Source: Acidobacteriota bacterium
Lineage (GTDB): Bacteria > Acidobacteriota > Polarisedimenticolia > J045
NCBI GenBank assembly: GCA_003696075.1
Contig: RFHH01000137.1
Coordinates: 1,161-65,160 of the forward strand
Direction: 5' to 3'
Length of the DNA: 64,000 nucleotides
The translations under genes were made by a program, and so were the position numbers. Positions 38,068-48,325 of this stretch are shown here, one piece after another. How positions within the stretch are numbered: position 1 is the first letter of the stretch; each line of letters opens with the position of its first letter. Under the pieces are notes generated by a model. It made no database searches and was not told the origin of the DNA. It was given only the letters and a program-made list of their open reading frames with translations.

Positions 38068-38967
38068 TCAGTGGTCGTCGCCGGTCCCGGCTTCCTCCGA
38101 CAACCTCTTGAGGTATTCCGGGTTGGTCAGCAGGTCCGCGTCCGGCGGATGGAACTTCGCTTCGAAGCTGCCCATCGGCGCCGGCAGCGGCCGGTTCAGT
38201 TCGTTGCCGACCTCGTCCACGGCTTGGACGCGGAAGAAGACGATCCGCTCGCCCTCGACCGCATCCGCGGGGACGACCACCTCGAGCCGATCGGTCTCGG
38301 CCAGGAGGAACCGCGTGGAGGGCGGATACCTCTTGAGCAGCTTCGCGTAGCGGTACACCCGGTAGCCCGCCACCAGCTCCGGTTCTCCCTCGGCATCGGA
38401 CACCACGGGAGCCCACGAGATCGCGATCGCGCCGTCCTTCCGTCGCGCGAGCCGCATTTCCTCCACCGGGCCGGGCGGGGTTCGGTCGACCCGGAATCTC
38501 ATCGGACGTCCCAGCGGGGTCCATTCCCCCCCGCCGAGGGCCTTGAGCGCGCGCCAGTAGTACTCGCCCGATTTCAGCCGGTTGAAGACCCTGTAGTGAA
38601 TGCCCTCGTAGTTGACCGGACGGTACTCCTCGGGCACGTCCTTCAGGCCGTACGAGGTCCCCAGGACCCATCCCCTCCGGTTGTCACGCATGTCGATGGT
38701 GAGGACGACCTGCTCCGGCTTGAACTCGTCCTCGGTCGCCACCTCGACGCGGTAGAACTCCTCGACACCGGGTTTCCCGTCCGCCGCGATGTAGAACTCG
38801 AACTTGGAGCCGACCACCTGACCGTCGGCCGGGAGCGTCGGTTTCTCGTTCTCGTAACCGGGCGCCGGCGCGGCGGCCAGCAGCAGGCCGGCCGCGACCG
38901 CAAGACGGCCGCCGAACCCGAACGTTCCCACGCGTCTCTCGTCGCCGCGGGGCGGTCCTTCCCGCAT
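38068..38967 (-). CDS. Secreted hypothetical protein with a fibronectin-III-like segment
   Basis: Signal peptide. No catalytic motifs. Codon usage is consistent with a real gene. Convergent with the YfgM-like gene, 11-nt gap. Confidence 0.55.
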   Translation of the reverse strand: MREGPPRGDERRVGTFGFGGRLAVAAGLLLAAAPAPGYENEKPTLPADGQVVGSKFEFYIAADGKPGVEEFYRVEVATEDEFKPEQVVLTIDMRDNRRGWVLGTSYGLKDVPEEYRPVNYEGIHYRVFNRLKSGEYYWRALKALGGGEWTPLGRPMRFRVDRTPPGPVEEMRLARRKDGAIAISWAPVVSDAEGEPELVAGYRVYRYAKLLKRYPPSTRFLLAETDRLEVVVPADAVEGERIVFFRVQAVDEVGNELNRPLPAPMGSFEAKFHPPDADLLTNPEYLKRLSEEAGTGDDH

Positions 38968-39023
38968 CGCGCGCGGCTCGAGCGGTTATACCGCCCCCGT
39001 CCCGGGCCGGCAAACGCGCCGGA

Positions 39024-39428
39024 TCAGAACGGGATGTCGGCGTCGGTCTGTTCGCCGTCGTCCTGCTGGAGTTCCTCGGGGACCACCGGAGCCTCCCCGG
39101 CCCGGCCGAGCAGCGTGATCGTGTCCGCGCGCACGTCCAGGCTCGTCCGCCGGTTGCCGTCGCGGTCGGTGTACTCGCGGGCCCGGAGCGTGCCGTCGAC
39201 GTAGACCTGCTTCCCCTTGGTCAGGTACGGCGCGAGCGCCTCCGCCTGCCTTCCCCAGAGCGTGACGCGGAACCACTGGGTGTGCTCCTGTTGCGTGCCG
39301 TTCTTGTCCGTCCAGCGCTCGTTCGTCGCGATCGAGAAATCGGCCAGCGTCGTGCCGCCGGGAGTTCTCCGCAGTTCCGCGTCGCGCCCGAGATTGCCGA
39401 TCAGGATCACCTTGGCCAGCGATGCCAT
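39024..39428 (-). CDS. ssb: Single-stranded DNA-binding protein
   Basis: OB-fold N-terminus ASLAKVILIGNLGRDAELRRTPGGTTLADFSIATNERW, an acidic C-terminal tail DDGEQTDADIPF and a [10 protein letters not shown]. Confidence 0.92.
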   Translation of the reverse strand: MASLAKVILIGNLGRDAELRRTPGGTTLADFSIATNERWTDKNGTQQEHTQWFRVTLWGRQAEALAPYLTKGKQVYVDGTLRAREYTDRDGNRRTSLDVRADTITLLGRAGEAPVVPEELQQDDGEQTDADIPF

Positions 39429-39558
39429 GGGTCGTCTCTCCTCCCGGGCCGCCGCCCGGGCGGGCAGCCTCGCACACGCCGCTCCGGGGGTCAAGGCGCC
39501 GGCGGGCCGCCGTTCCGCCAGCGGGAAACGGCCTGCGGATGCGCGATAATCGGCCGCC

Positions 39559-41139
39559 ATGAGCCGCCACCCCAGCATCGCCAGGGCCGCCGGCGCGGTG
39601 TCGCTCGCGACCGGCATGAGCCGGGTTCTCGGGCTGGCCCGCGAGATGACGATGGCGGCCCTGTTCACCCGGGCCGAGACCGACGCCTTCATCGCGGCCT
39701 TCAAGATCCCCAACCTGTTGCGCGACCTCCTCGCCGAGGGCGCGCTCTCGTCCGCGTTCGTGCCGACGTACGCGGAAACGCTGGAGCGGCGGGGACGCGC
39801 GGCCGCCTTCCGGCTCGCGTCGTCGGTGCTCAACGCCCTCGCGGTGGTCACCGGGTTGTTCGCGCTGACGGTGATCGCCTTCGCCCGGTGGTACGCCCTG
39901 TCGGTGGCCTACTGGTTTCCCGCCGAGAAGCTCGAGCTGACGGCGCGACTCGGCCAGATCATGTCGCCGTTCCTCGTGACGGTGTCGCTCGCCGCGGTTC
40001 TCATGGGGCTCGGCAACGTGCACGGCCGCTTCTTCGTCCCGGCTCTCGCGCCGGCCCTGTTCAACGTCGGCGTCCTCGCCGGTGGCTGGCTGCTCGCGCC
40101 GCGGCTCGCCGAGCACGGATGGCCCGCCGTCACGGGGTTGGCGGCGGGGGCGGTGCTCGGCGGGTTGCTGCAGCTCGCGGCACAGATCCCCGGGGTGGCC
40201 CGGGACGGCTACCGCCACCGGGCCGTCCTCGACCTTTCCGACCCGGCCTTCCGGCAGATCATGGCGCGACTGGCACCGGCGATGTTCGCGGTGGCGGCAA
40301 CCTACCTGAACGTGCTCGTCGACAACCAACTCGCCTCGTATTTCGGCGAGGGTCCCGTCTCCTACCTCTTCTTCGCTTTCCGGTTGTGGATGCTGCCGAT
40401 CGGCCTGTTCGGCGTCGCGATCGCCACCGCCAACCTCGCCGGCGTGTCCCGGGACTTGGCCCGCAACGACCGCGATCGCTTCCGCTCCACCCTCGCCACC
40501 TCGATCCGCATGACCCTCCTGCTCACCGTTCCGGCGGCCGCGGCCCTGATCGCCCTCGGGGTGCCGATCGTGCGCGTGGTGTACGAGCACATGCGCTTCG
40601 GTCCGGCCGACACCCGGGCGACCGCGGAGGTGCTGGCGCTCTATGCCGTGGGGCTTCCCGGCTACGCGCTCGTGAAGGTCTTCGTCCCGACCTTCTACGC
40701 GCTCAAGGACCCGTGGACACCGGTCCGGATCTCCGCCTCGGTCGTCCTGGTGAAGATCGCCCTCAACTTCGCGTTCATCGGGCCGCTCGCCTACGGGGGG
40801 CTCGCGCTCGCCACGGGGATCGCCGCTTGGGTCAATGCGGCCTGGACGGGATTCCGCCTCCGGCAGATGTCCGGGCCGCTCGCCGGACTGTCGGTGGGCC
40901 GGGCCGCCACGACCGCCCTCCTTTCCTCGGCGGCGATGGTCGCCGCCACGCTGGCGGTCGGGCGCCTCGGAGCGTGGGCCTGTCCCGACCGCGGATTCGT
41001 GGGGCAGGCCGCGGTGCTCGCCCTGCAGATCGCGGTCGGCCTGGCGGTGGTCGGCGCGGGCGTGCTCGTCTCCGGCCTGCCCGAGGCGACGCGGCTGCGG
41101 GCGGCGGCAGGCCGTTGGTTCGGAGGAAGGCTCCGGTGA
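39559..41139 (+). CDS. murJ: Lipid II flippase MurJ (MviN)
   Basis: 526 aa, 14-TM MOP superfamily, with N-terminal RAAGAVSLATGMSRVLGLAREMTMAALFTRAETDAFIAAFKIPNLLR. Confidence 0.9.
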   Translation: MSRHPSIARAAGAVSLATGMSRVLGLAREMTMAALFTRAETDAFIAAFKIPNLLRDLLAEGALSSAFVPTYAETLERRGRAAAFRLASSVLNALAVVTGLFALTVIAFARWYALSVAYWFPAEKLELTARLGQIMSPFLVTVSLAAVLMGLGNVHGRFFVPALAPALFNVGVLAGGWLLAPRLAEHGWPAVTGLAAGAVLGGLLQLAAQIPGVARDGYRHRAVLDLSDPAFRQIMARLAPAMFAVAATYLNVLVDNQLASYFGEGPVSYLFFAFRLWMLPIGLFGVAIATANLAGVSRDLARNDRDRFRSTLATSIRMTLLLTVPAAAALIALGVPIVRVVYEHMRFGPADTRATAEVLALYAVGLPGYALVKVFVPTFYALKDPWTPVRISASVVLVKIALNFAFIGPLAYGGLALATGIAAWVNAAWTGFRLRQMSGPLAGLSVGRAATTALLSSAAMVAATLAVGRLGAWACPDRGFVGQAAVLALQIAVGLAVVGAGVLVSGLPEATRLRAAAGRWFGGRLR

Positions 41140-41597
41140 AGGTGCTGGTCCAGCGGGTGCTCCGCGCGTCGGTGCGCGTCGGCGGGGAGGAGGTCGGCAG
41201 CATCGGCCGCGGCCTTTTGGTCTTCCTCGGCGTGGAAAGCGGTGACGACGAGCGGACCGCGGACTGGTACGCCCGGCGCGTCGCCGCGATGAAGTGGTTC
41301 CCCGACGAAAGCGGAGGCCTTTGGCGCAAGACGGTGGGGGAGGTGGGGGGCGCGGCGCTCGTCGTCTCGCAGTTCACCCTCGCCGCACGGACGCGGAAGG
41401 GAAGGCGGCCCTCTTTCGATCCGGCGGCGCCGCCGGAGCGGGCGGAGGCGCTCTATCGCCGTTTTCTCGGCACCCTGCGGTCCGCCGGGGTGCCCACCTC
41501 CGAGGGCCGGTTCGGTGCCCGCATGGAAGTCGAGCTGGTCAACGACGGCCCGGTGACCTTCCTTCTCGACGGGCCCGGGTGCGGAGAGGCGCCGTGA
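41136..41597 (+). CDS. dtd: D-aminoacyl-tRNA deacylase
   Basis: VLVQRV...SQFTL motifs including the conserved SQFTL. GTG start overlaps the murJ stop and has a GGAGGAAGG RBS. Confidence 0.88.
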   Translation: MKVLVQRVLRASVRVGGEEVGSIGRGLLVFLGVESGDDERTADWYARRVAAMKWFPDESGGLWRKTVGEVGGAALVVSQFTLAARTRKGRRPSFDPAAPPERAEALYRRFLGTLRSAGVPTSEGRFGARMEVELVNDGPVTFLLDGPGCGEAP

Positions 41598-42493
41598 TTC
41601 CCGGTCGGGACCGGGCCCTGATCGACCGGCTCGCGGACAGCCTCCTCGCCGTCCGGGGACTCTCCCCGCGGACCGTCGAGGCGTACCGCCGCGATCTTCT
41701 CGATCTCGCCCGGTTCCTGGAGCGGTCCGGGCGCCCCGGGCTCGCTCGCGTGCGGGCGGAGGAGGTCGAGCGCTGGCTGCGGGCGGCGCGCGCCCGCGGG
41801 CTGTCGGCGGCCACCCGCGCGCGCCGGCTTTCCGCCCTCGGGGCGCTGTTCCGCTTCCTCCGGGAGGAAGGGGAGCGGCCGGACGACCCGCTGCGGGCGG
41901 TCGAGGCCCCGCGGCGCCGCCGCCCGCTGCCCCGAGTGCTCTCCGAGCGAGAGATCGAGGCGCTCCTCGAAGCGCCGCGCGGCGACGATCCGCGCTCGCT
42001 CCGCGATCGCGCCATGCTGGAGGTGCTCTACGCGACCGGATTGCGCGTGTCGGAACTGGTCTCCCTCAGACTTCGGGAGGTGGATCTGCGGCGGGGACTC
42101 GTCCGCGTGACCGGCAAGGGCCGGCGCGAGCGCGTGGTGCCGCTGGGCCGAAAGGCGCTCGCGGCGCTCCGGCGCTACCTCGAGGCCGGACGGGAAGGGC
42201 TCGATCCGGCCGGGGACGTCCTCTTTCCGGGACGCGGCGGCCGGCCCCTGTCCCGGCAGGGCTTCTGGGTCCGGCTCCGATCCCTCGCCCGCCGTGCGGG
42301 AATCCCGCCGGACCGGATCTCGCCCCACGTCCTGCGGCACTCCTTCGCCACCCACCTCGTGGAGCACGGGGCGGACCTGCGGAGCGTCCAACTGCTGCTC
42401 GGCCACCGCGACATCTCCACCACCGAGATCTACACGCACGTCGCGCGGGAGCGGCTTCGGGCGCTGTACGATCGGCACCATCCCCGCGCTTGA
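41594..42493 (+). CDS. xerD: Tyrosine recombinase XerD/XerC
   Basis: Catalytic R...[27 protein letters not shown]...TEIYTH (R-H-R-Y tetrad). Xer rather than a phage integrase by size and absence of mobile context. Confidence 0.85.
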   Translation: MIPGRDRALIDRLADSLLAVRGLSPRTVEAYRRDLLDLARFLERSGRPGLARVRAEEVERWLRAARARGLSAATRARRLSALGALFRFLREEGERPDDPLRAVEAPRRRRPLPRVLSEREIEALLEAPRGDDPRSLRDRAMLEVLYATGLRVSELVSLRLREVDLRRGLVRVTGKGRRERVVPLGRKALAALRRYLEAGREGLDPAGDVLFPGRGGRPLSRQGFWVRLRSLARRAGIPPDRISPHVLRHSFATHLVEHGADLRSVQLLLGHRDISTTEIYTHVARERLRALYDRHHPRA

Positions 42494-42597
42494 TTCCCGC
42501 CCCGGCGGCGGGGGGCCGCTCGACAGCGGCGGGGAGCGCCGCGCTATGCTTGACCCTGCGGCGGGCGGCACCGGACAGGGGCCGCCGGAGGGCGTCG

Positions 42598-43548
42598 GTG
42601 GCGGAGTGCGCGTTCGAAAAGCCGATCCTCGACCTCCAGCAGCGGATCGAGGAGCTGGCGGCCCTGGGGGATCCGTCCCTCGCGCCCGACATCGCCCGCC
42701 TGCGGGCGAAGCTGGAGCGTTTGCGCCGGCAGATCTACAGCCGGCTCGATCCGTGGCAGAAAACGCAGGTGGCGCGGCATCCCCGCCGGCCCTACACCCT
42801 GGACTACATCCGGGGTCTGACCACCGATTTCGTCGAGCTCCACGGCGACCGGCGGTTCGGCGACGATCCGGCGATCGTGGCGGGGTTCGCCCGGTTCGAC
42901 GGGCGGGCGGTGGCGGTCGTCGGCCATGAGAAGGGACGTCACACGCGGGAGAAGATCCGCCGGAACTTCGGGATGCCCCGGCCGGAGGGGTACCGCAAGG
43001 CTCTCCGGGTGATGCAGCTCGCCGAGCGTTTTTCGCGGCCCATCCTGACCTTCATCGACACCCCGGGCGCCTACCCCGGCATCGACGCCGAAGAGCGGGG
43101 TCAGGCGGAGGCCATCGCGGTCAACCTCCGGGAGATGGCTCGACTCCGCGTTCCGATCATCGCGACCGTGATCGGGGAAGGCGGTTCGGGGGGCGCCTTG
43201 GCGATCGGCGTGGGGAACCGCGTGAACATCATGGAGTTCGCGATTTACTCGGTCATCAGCCCCGAGGGATGCGCCTCGATCCTCTGGAAGGACGCCGGCC
43301 GCGCTCCGGAGATGGCCCACGCGCTCCGCCTGACCGCCCCCGACCTCGCCGAGCTGGACATCGTCGACACCGTGATCGAAGAGCCGCCGGGCGGGGCGCA
43401 CGCGGATCCGGCCGGCGCGATCCGGCGCGTGGGGGAGCGACTCGCGGCCCAGCTCGCGGAACTCGAGCGGATGGGGCCGGAAGAGCTGGTCGACGACCGG
43501 TACCGCAGATTCCGCCGGATCGGGCGGTTCACGGAGGTCCGGGCCTGA
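42598..43548 (+). CDS. accA: Acetyl-CoA carboxylase carboxyltransferase alpha subunit
   Basis: [16 protein letters not shown]-terminus, [10 protein letters not shown] and the crotonase-fold CT domain. GTG start. Confidence 0.9.
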   Translation: MAECAFEKPILDLQQRIEELAALGDPSLAPDIARLRAKLERLRRQIYSRLDPWQKTQVARHPRRPYTLDYIRGLTTDFVELHGDRRFGDDPAIVAGFARFDGRAVAVVGHEKGRHTREKIRRNFGMPRPEGYRKALRVMQLAERFSRPILTFIDTPGAYPGIDAEERGQAEAIAVNLREMARLRVPIIATVIGEGGSGGALAIGVGNRVNIMEFAIYSVISPEGCASILWKDAGRAPEMAHALRLTAPDLAELDIVDTVIEEPPGGAHADPAGAIRRVGERLAAQLAELERMGPEELVDDRYRRFRRIGRFTEVRA

Positions 43549-43564
43549 CCCGATCTCTCGGGAC

Positions 43565-44347
43565 CTACTCCCCCTTCGCCTCGTCCCAGAGCCGGTCCAG
43601 GGTCCCGGGATCGAGCTCTTCGAGATGGCGGCCGTCGGCGGCCGCGGCGCGCTCGACGTGCTCGAACCGGGCGGCGAACTTCGCGTTGGCCTTCTGGAGG
43701 GCCGCTTCCGGGTCGAGACCCAACTGCGTGGCGAGGCTGGCGGCCGCGAAGAGAAGGTCTCCGAGTTCCTCCTCCACCCGCCCGCGCCCCTCGGTCCTCA
43801 CGGCCGACTCGAGCTCCGCGAGCTCCTCGCGGACCTTCCCCGCCACCGCCGGAATGTCGGGCCAGCGGAAGCCGGCGCGGGAAGCCTTCTCGGCGAGCCG
43901 ATGGGCGCGGAGCAGCGCCGGGAGGCTGGGCGGAAGGCCGGCGAGCCGGGAACGGAACGCCTCGCCCTTCTCCGCGCGCTTGATCGCCTCCCAGCGGTCG
44001 AACGCTTCCCGGGCATCGGAGGCGGGTGCGCCGCCGAAGACGTGAGGGTGCCGCCGGACCAGTTTCTCGGCGATCCCCGCCGCCACGTCATCGAAGCCGA
44101 ACCGGCCCTCCTCCTCGGCGATCCGGGCGAGGAACACGACCTGGAGCAGGAGGTCGCCCAGCTCCTCGCGCAACGCCGACCAATCCCCCCGATCGATCGC
44201 TTCGGCGACCTCGTGCGCCTCCTCGAGCAGGTAACTCCGGAGCGTCGCGGGGCTCTGCTCGCGGTCCCACGGACAGCCGTTCGGACCGCGGAGCTTCGCC
44301 ATGATCGCCAGCAGGTCGTCGATCGGTCTGCTTTGGCCCTTTTCCAT
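43565..44347 (-). CDS. mazG: Nucleoside triphosphate pyrophosphohydrolase MazG
   Basis: Tandem MazG EExxE motifs (LEEAHEVAEAI, EELGDLL twice) and the KLVRRHPHVF region. Confidence 0.88.
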   Translation of the reverse strand: MEKGQSRPIDDLLAIMAKLRGPNGCPWDREQSPATLRSYLLEEAHEVAEAIDRGDWSALREELGDLLLQVVFLARIAEEEGRFGFDDVAAGIAEKLVRRHPHVFGGAPASDAREAFDRWEAIKRAEKGEAFRSRLAGLPPSLPALLRAHRLAEKASRAGFRWPDIPAVAGKVREELAELESAVRTEGRGRVEEELGDLLFAAASLATQLGLDPEAALQKANAKFAARFEHVERAAAADGRHLEELDPGTLDRLWDEAKGE

Positions 44348-44401
44348 GAGATCCGCCCCGATCCGCCGCCGTTCATCCCTTCCGCGCCGGCCCCGCCGCC
44401 A

Positions 44402-44410
44402 ATGCTATCC
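44402..44410 (+). promoter_or_regulatory. Candidate extended -10 element TGCTATCCT upstream of the DUF1844 gene
   Basis: The same nonamer context (ATGCTATCCTGC) recurs at 32383, and a near copy at 52565, each time upstream of a + strand gene. Confidence 0.35.
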
Positions 44411-44524
44411 TGCCTCCGGCGCCGCCTGCGCCCCGCCCTGCGCGGGGCCGAAGCGGGCCGCCGGTGATTCCTCGGGACGGGGAGCCTACATTGAAGCGTG
44501 GCGTCCATCAGGGGAGCCGGTGCG

Positions 44525-44968
44525 ATGGCCGAGAGGAGCGGGAGCGGCCGGCCGGGAGGTGAGGACTCCCGTCCGCGCGAAATCCGTACCGAGGACCGGC
44601 GGCGGTTCGACCCGACGACGGGGGAGCGGCGGCCGGAGCGGGGCGCCCCTGGGGAGGTTCCCCTGCCGGGCGGAGGCGTCCTGCGGATGGAGAAAGGCGG
44701 GGGGGACGAGGGGCTCCCGGTCGGTTTCGCCGACCTCGTGCGCCCCTTCCTCCTTCTCGGTCTCGCCGGGCTCGGTGTCGTTCCGCACCCCGAGACCGAC
44801 CGCCGCCAGATCGACCTCGGGGCGGCCCGCAGCGCGATCGAGAGCCTGAGGCTGCTCAAGGCGAAAACCGAGGGGCGCCGCACGGAGGAAGAGGACCGCC
44901 TGCTCACCGAAGCGCTGTTCGAGCTCGAGCTGCAGTATGTCGAGCTGAAGCGCCGCCGGGAGCCGTGA
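44525..44968 (+). CDS. DUF1844 domain protein
   Basis: The C-terminal 70 aa match the DUF1844 pattern (FLLLGLAGLG...IDLGAARSAIESLRLLKAKTEGRRTEEEDRLLTEALFELELQYVE). AGGGGAG RBS. Disordered R/E-rich N-terminus. Confidence 0.65.
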   Translation: MAERSGSGRPGGEDSRPREIRTEDRRRFDPTTGERRPERGAPGEVPLPGGGVLRMEKGGGDEGLPVGFADLVRPFLLLGLAGLGVVPHPETDRRQIDLGAARSAIESLRLLKAKTEGRRTEEEDRLLTEALFELELQYVELKRRREP

Positions 44969-46920
44969 TGCCGCCGGGCGCCCGCGGTGCAGTCGGCCCC
45001 GCGCTCCGCCGCCCCCGCTCGGGCGCCGGGCGCTCGGTCATCGCCGCGGCTCTCCTCATGGGAGCCAGCGCGTGGGCTTCCACCGGCGCCCAGGACCGGA
45101 ACGCTCCGCCGGGACCCCCAGCCCCGGAAATCGCGGGGGCGAGGGCGGCGAGCGCCGGAACGGGCGAGCTCCTGAACGAAATCGAGGCCCGGTGGTGGGA
45201 ACGGCGGCGCCTCCTCGCGGAAGGGGACCGGGCGGGTGCCGCCCGCGCCGCGCTCGAGCTGCGGCAGTTCCTGCGCGAGGAGGGCATCGCGCGGATCCCG
45301 GCCTTCGCCGACGCCGCGGTCCTCGAGGGGCGGGAAGCGGAGCGCGAGGGGGCGCTGAGCGCCGCGGTCGAGGCCTTCCGGCTCGGCCACGAACTGGACG
45401 ACCGGCAGGCGGCCGCCTGGTGGAACGAGGCGAGAGTGCGTCTGTGGACCGGGAGCGGCATCAAGGAGGTCGTGCCGCTCGCCGGCCGGGCGGTGGTCGC
45501 CCGGTGGCAGCCTCTCTGGTCGCGCTGGGTCTTCGGGTTCGATCTCGCCGCGGCCGGCCTCGCGGCGCTGTTCCTGGCCGGACTCGCCGCTTTCGCCGTC
45601 CTGTTCGCCGCCTACGCGCCGGCGCTCGCCCACGAGATCGAGGAGCGCACGCCGCGGGCCTGGCACCCGGCCTGGCGCCGGACGGCCGGCTGGGCCGCCG
45701 TCCTCGCACCGGCGGCGGTCGTGGTCCTCGGGCCGTGGATCCTGCTGATCTGGCTCGTGGCGCTCGTGCCGGTGGCCGCGCCGCCCGCCCGCCGGCTGCT
45801 GTTCGCCTTGGCGGCGCTGGTCGCTCTTCTCGATCCCGCCACCGGACTGGTCGCCGCCGCCGCCCGCGCCCTCGCTTCCCCTGCCGCCCGCGTCGCCGTC
45901 GAGGCGGCCGAAGGATCGTTCCGTCCCGATGTGCTCGCGATGCTCAGGGAACTCGAGCTGGAGCACCCCGACGACCCGCTGTGGAAGGTGCTCCAGGCGC
46001 GGATGATCGCGGCCCGCCACCCGGAGCGGGCCGTGGCACTGCTCCGGGCGGCGATCGAGGACGATCCGAGCGACCCCCGCCTCCACGTGCTGCTGGGCAA
46101 CGTGCTGTACCGGATCGGGAAGAGCGAAGCCGCCGCGGTCGAGTACCGCGCGGCGCTCGACACCGACCCTGCCGACGTCCATGCCCTGTTCAACCTCGCA
46201 CAGGTGGAACTGGCCGACTTCGAGTTCGACCAGGCGGAGCAGTTGCTCGCCGAGGCCCGGCGGCGGGACGCCGAGCTCGTCTCGCGCCTGGAGGAAGAGG
46301 TCCCGGAGGACGGTGTCGCCGACCCGGAGATCGGCGTCCGGGACGTCGCCCGCGGGTTGATCCGGGACGAGGCGCTGCCGGGGATGCGGGCGGCACTGCA
46401 TCCGGCGAGCCCGGCGACCCTCGCCGCACTGCTGGCCCTCGCGGCGGCCGCGGCGATCCGCGTGCGCGCGGGACGCCTGCCGAGCCGCAGGTGCCGGTCG
46501 TGCGGCCGTGCCTTCTGCCCGCGATGCCACGCCGAGGCCGAAGGGGACGGAAACTGCGCCGCCTGCACGCAGCTCCTGACGCGGAGAGAGGGGCTCGCGC
46601 CCGCGGCCCGCGAACGGCAGACCCGGCGGATCGACAGCCACCTGCGGAGGGTGCGCCGGACGCGGCTCTTTCTCCACACCGTCTGGCCGGGCCTGGGCCA
46701 GGTGCACGACGGACGCCCCTGGGCCGGGTACCTTCTCGCCACCCTGTGGGCCTTTCTGCTGCTCGGCGCGCTCTTCCCCGAAGGATTCATGCCCGCCGTC
46801 CGGACGGTGGAGCCGTGGGCGCCGGGAACCCCCGCTCGGGTCTTCGCGGCGCTGTTCTGGATCGCCGTCCAGATGCCCCGGTTCCGGCCGCACCCCGCGG
46901 CCTGGCGGGGCAGGAGCTGA
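44965..46920 (+). CDS. Multi-domain TPR membrane protein with internal TM bundle, C-terminal zinc-ribbon and TM2-like segment
   Basis: Signal/TM at the N-terminus, TPR-like repeats, four central TM helices, more TPRs, a CRSCGRAFCPRCH...CAAC zinc-ribbon and a C-terminal WPGLGQ...G TM2-like helix pair. Start is coupled to the DUF1844 stop. Confidence 0.6.
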   Translation: MMPPGARGAVGPALRRPRSGAGRSVIAAALLMGASAWASTGAQDRNAPPGPPAPEIAGARAASAGTGELLNEIEARWWERRRLLAEGDRAGAARAALELRQFLREEGIARIPAFADAAVLEGREAEREGALSAAVEAFRLGHELDDRQAAAWWNEARVRLWTGSGIKEVVPLAGRAVVARWQPLWSRWVFGFDLAAAGLAALFLAGLAAFAVLFAAYAPALAHEIEERTPRAWHPAWRRTAGWAAVLAPAAVVVLGPWILLIWLVALVPVAAPPARRLLFALAALVALLDPATGLVAAAARALASPAARVAVEAAEGSFRPDVLAMLRELELEHPDDPLWKVLQARMIAARHPERAVALLRAAIEDDPSDPRLHVLLGNVLYRIGKSEAAAVEYRAALDTDPADVHALFNLAQVELADFEFDQAEQLLAEARRRDAELVSRLEEEVPEDGVADPEIGVRDVARGLIRDEALPGMRAALHPASPATLAALLALAAAAAIRVRAGRLPSRRCRSCGRAFCPRCHAEAEGDGNCAACTQLLTRREGLAPAARERQTRRIDSHLRRVRRTRLFLHTVWPGLGQVHDGRPWAGYLLATLWAFLLLGALFPEGFMPAVRTVEPWAPGTPARVFAALFWIAVQMPRFRPHPAAWRGRS

Positions 46921-46923
46921 CCG

Positions 46924-48261
46924 ATGGCGCTTCGGGGCACTCTCGGCGACTTCTCGCTCACCGACATCCTGCAGCTGATCGGCCTGCAGCGGAAGACGGG
47001 CGTGCTCGTCCTCGAGAGGGAAGGAGAGCGCGTGACCCTCGGCTTCGACGCGGGGCGCGTCGTCTCGGCGGAGTCGAGCTCGCGGCCGACCGAGCATCGG
47101 CTCGGCAACCTTCTCGTCAAGCGGGGCAAGCTGACGGAGGCCCGCCTCGAAGAAGCGCTGCGGATCCAGCGGGACACCCTGAAGCGGCTCGGCCACGTCC
47201 TGGTCGAACAGGGCTGGGTCGACCACGAGACGATCCGCCGGGAACTGGAACTCCAGATGGCGGAGACCGTCTACGACACCCTCCGCTGGCGCAGCGGCGA
47301 ATACGACTTCCGGCCGGGGGAGCGCGTCGACTGGAACCGCGAGTTCGTGCGGCCCATCCCCGCCGAACACCTCCTGATGGAAGGCGCGCGGATGGTCGAC
47401 GAGTGGCCGATCATCGAGCGCACCATCCCCTCCCGGGACGTGATCCCACGGCCCCGGCCGGCCGCCGCCGAGATTCTGGCCTCGGTGGGCTCGGCCCCGG
47501 AGTCGGCGGGATCGATCTACGAGCAGGACATCGACTTCGACCTCATCCCCCAGGATCCCCTCGCGGGGGAGCGGAGCTCGGGCCCCAAGGGTCTGTCCCA
47601 GGCTGAGCTGAGGGTTCTCCGGTGGGTGGACGGCCGGAGAACGGCCGGCGAGGTGGCCGACCTGTCGGAGCTCGGCACTTTCGAGGCCTTCAAGACCCTG
47701 GTCCGGCTCGTGGAGCTCGAGTTGGTGGAGATCGTCCCCCCCGAGGGAGACGGGGAGGTCCCGGCGGCACCGAGGAGACCGCGGCTCATGGCCCGGGCCG
47801 CTCCGGCCCGCGCTGCGGGGCTCCTCGTCGCGCTAGCCGCCGCCGTCGGAGTGGTGGCGGCCCTTCATCCCCTGGCCGCCGCCGCCTGGCCCGGGACGCC
47901 CCGGCTGCCGCTGCCCGCCACGCTCGCGCCGGCCCAGGCCGTGTCCGCGGCCGGCCATCTCGAGGCGATCCGCGCCGCGGTGAGCCGCGCGCGGCTGACG
48001 CGGCTCGAGCGGGCCCTCCGCGTGCGGTACCTGGCGAGCGGCCGGTGGCCCCGCCGCCTGGAGGAACTGGTCGAGGCCGGGCTGGCCCCGGCCCGGCTCC
48101 TCCGCGATCCGTGGGGCCGCCCGTACCGGTACGAGCCGATCGACGGCGGCTACCGGCTGGCGGAGGCGGGACCGATTCCCGGCGTCCCGGGCCCCGAGGT
48201 CAGGGAGCGGCGGCTCGCCCCCGGCCCCGGCGCGCCGGGGGGCCCCGCGCCGGCTCCTTGA
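46924..48261 (+). CDS. DUF4388 domain protein (Pro/Ala-rich C-terminus)
   Basis: N-terminal GTLGDFSLTDILQLIGLQRKTGVLVL is the DUF4388 signature, and a second copy (WPIIERTIPS...) follows. Starts 3 nt after the previous stop. Confidence 0.6.
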   Translation: MALRGTLGDFSLTDILQLIGLQRKTGVLVLEREGERVTLGFDAGRVVSAESSSRPTEHRLGNLLVKRGKLTEARLEEALRIQRDTLKRLGHVLVEQGWVDHETIRRELELQMAETVYDTLRWRSGEYDFRPGERVDWNREFVRPIPAEHLLMEGARMVDEWPIIERTIPSRDVIPRPRPAAAEILASVGSAPESAGSIYEQDIDFDLIPQDPLAGERSSGPKGLSQAELRVLRWVDGRRTAGEVADLSELGTFEAFKTLVRLVELELVEIVPPEGDGEVPAAPRRPRLMARAAPARAAGLLVALAAAVGVVAALHPLAAAAWPGTPRLPLPATLAPAQAVSAAGHLEAIRAAVSRARLTRLERALRVRYLASGRWPRRLEELVEAGLAPARLLRDPWGRPYRYEPIDGGYRLAEAGPIPGVPGPEVRERRLAPGPGAPGGPAPAP

Positions 48262-48325
48262 CGGCCCCGGCGGCCGGTCTTAGGTAACGCGCGCGGCTCG
48301 TGGTGCCGCCGGGAGGCTGATCGTC

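Noticed and set aside
48258-48286. Possible dnaK promoter CTTGACG-17-TAGGTA, and a search for CIRCE or sigma-32 (CTTGAAA...CCCCAT) elements
   Set aside because: The -10 is a poor match, and no CIRCE inverted repeat or CCCCATnT box was found upstream of dnaK or hsp20. Regulation cannot be assigned from sequence alone.
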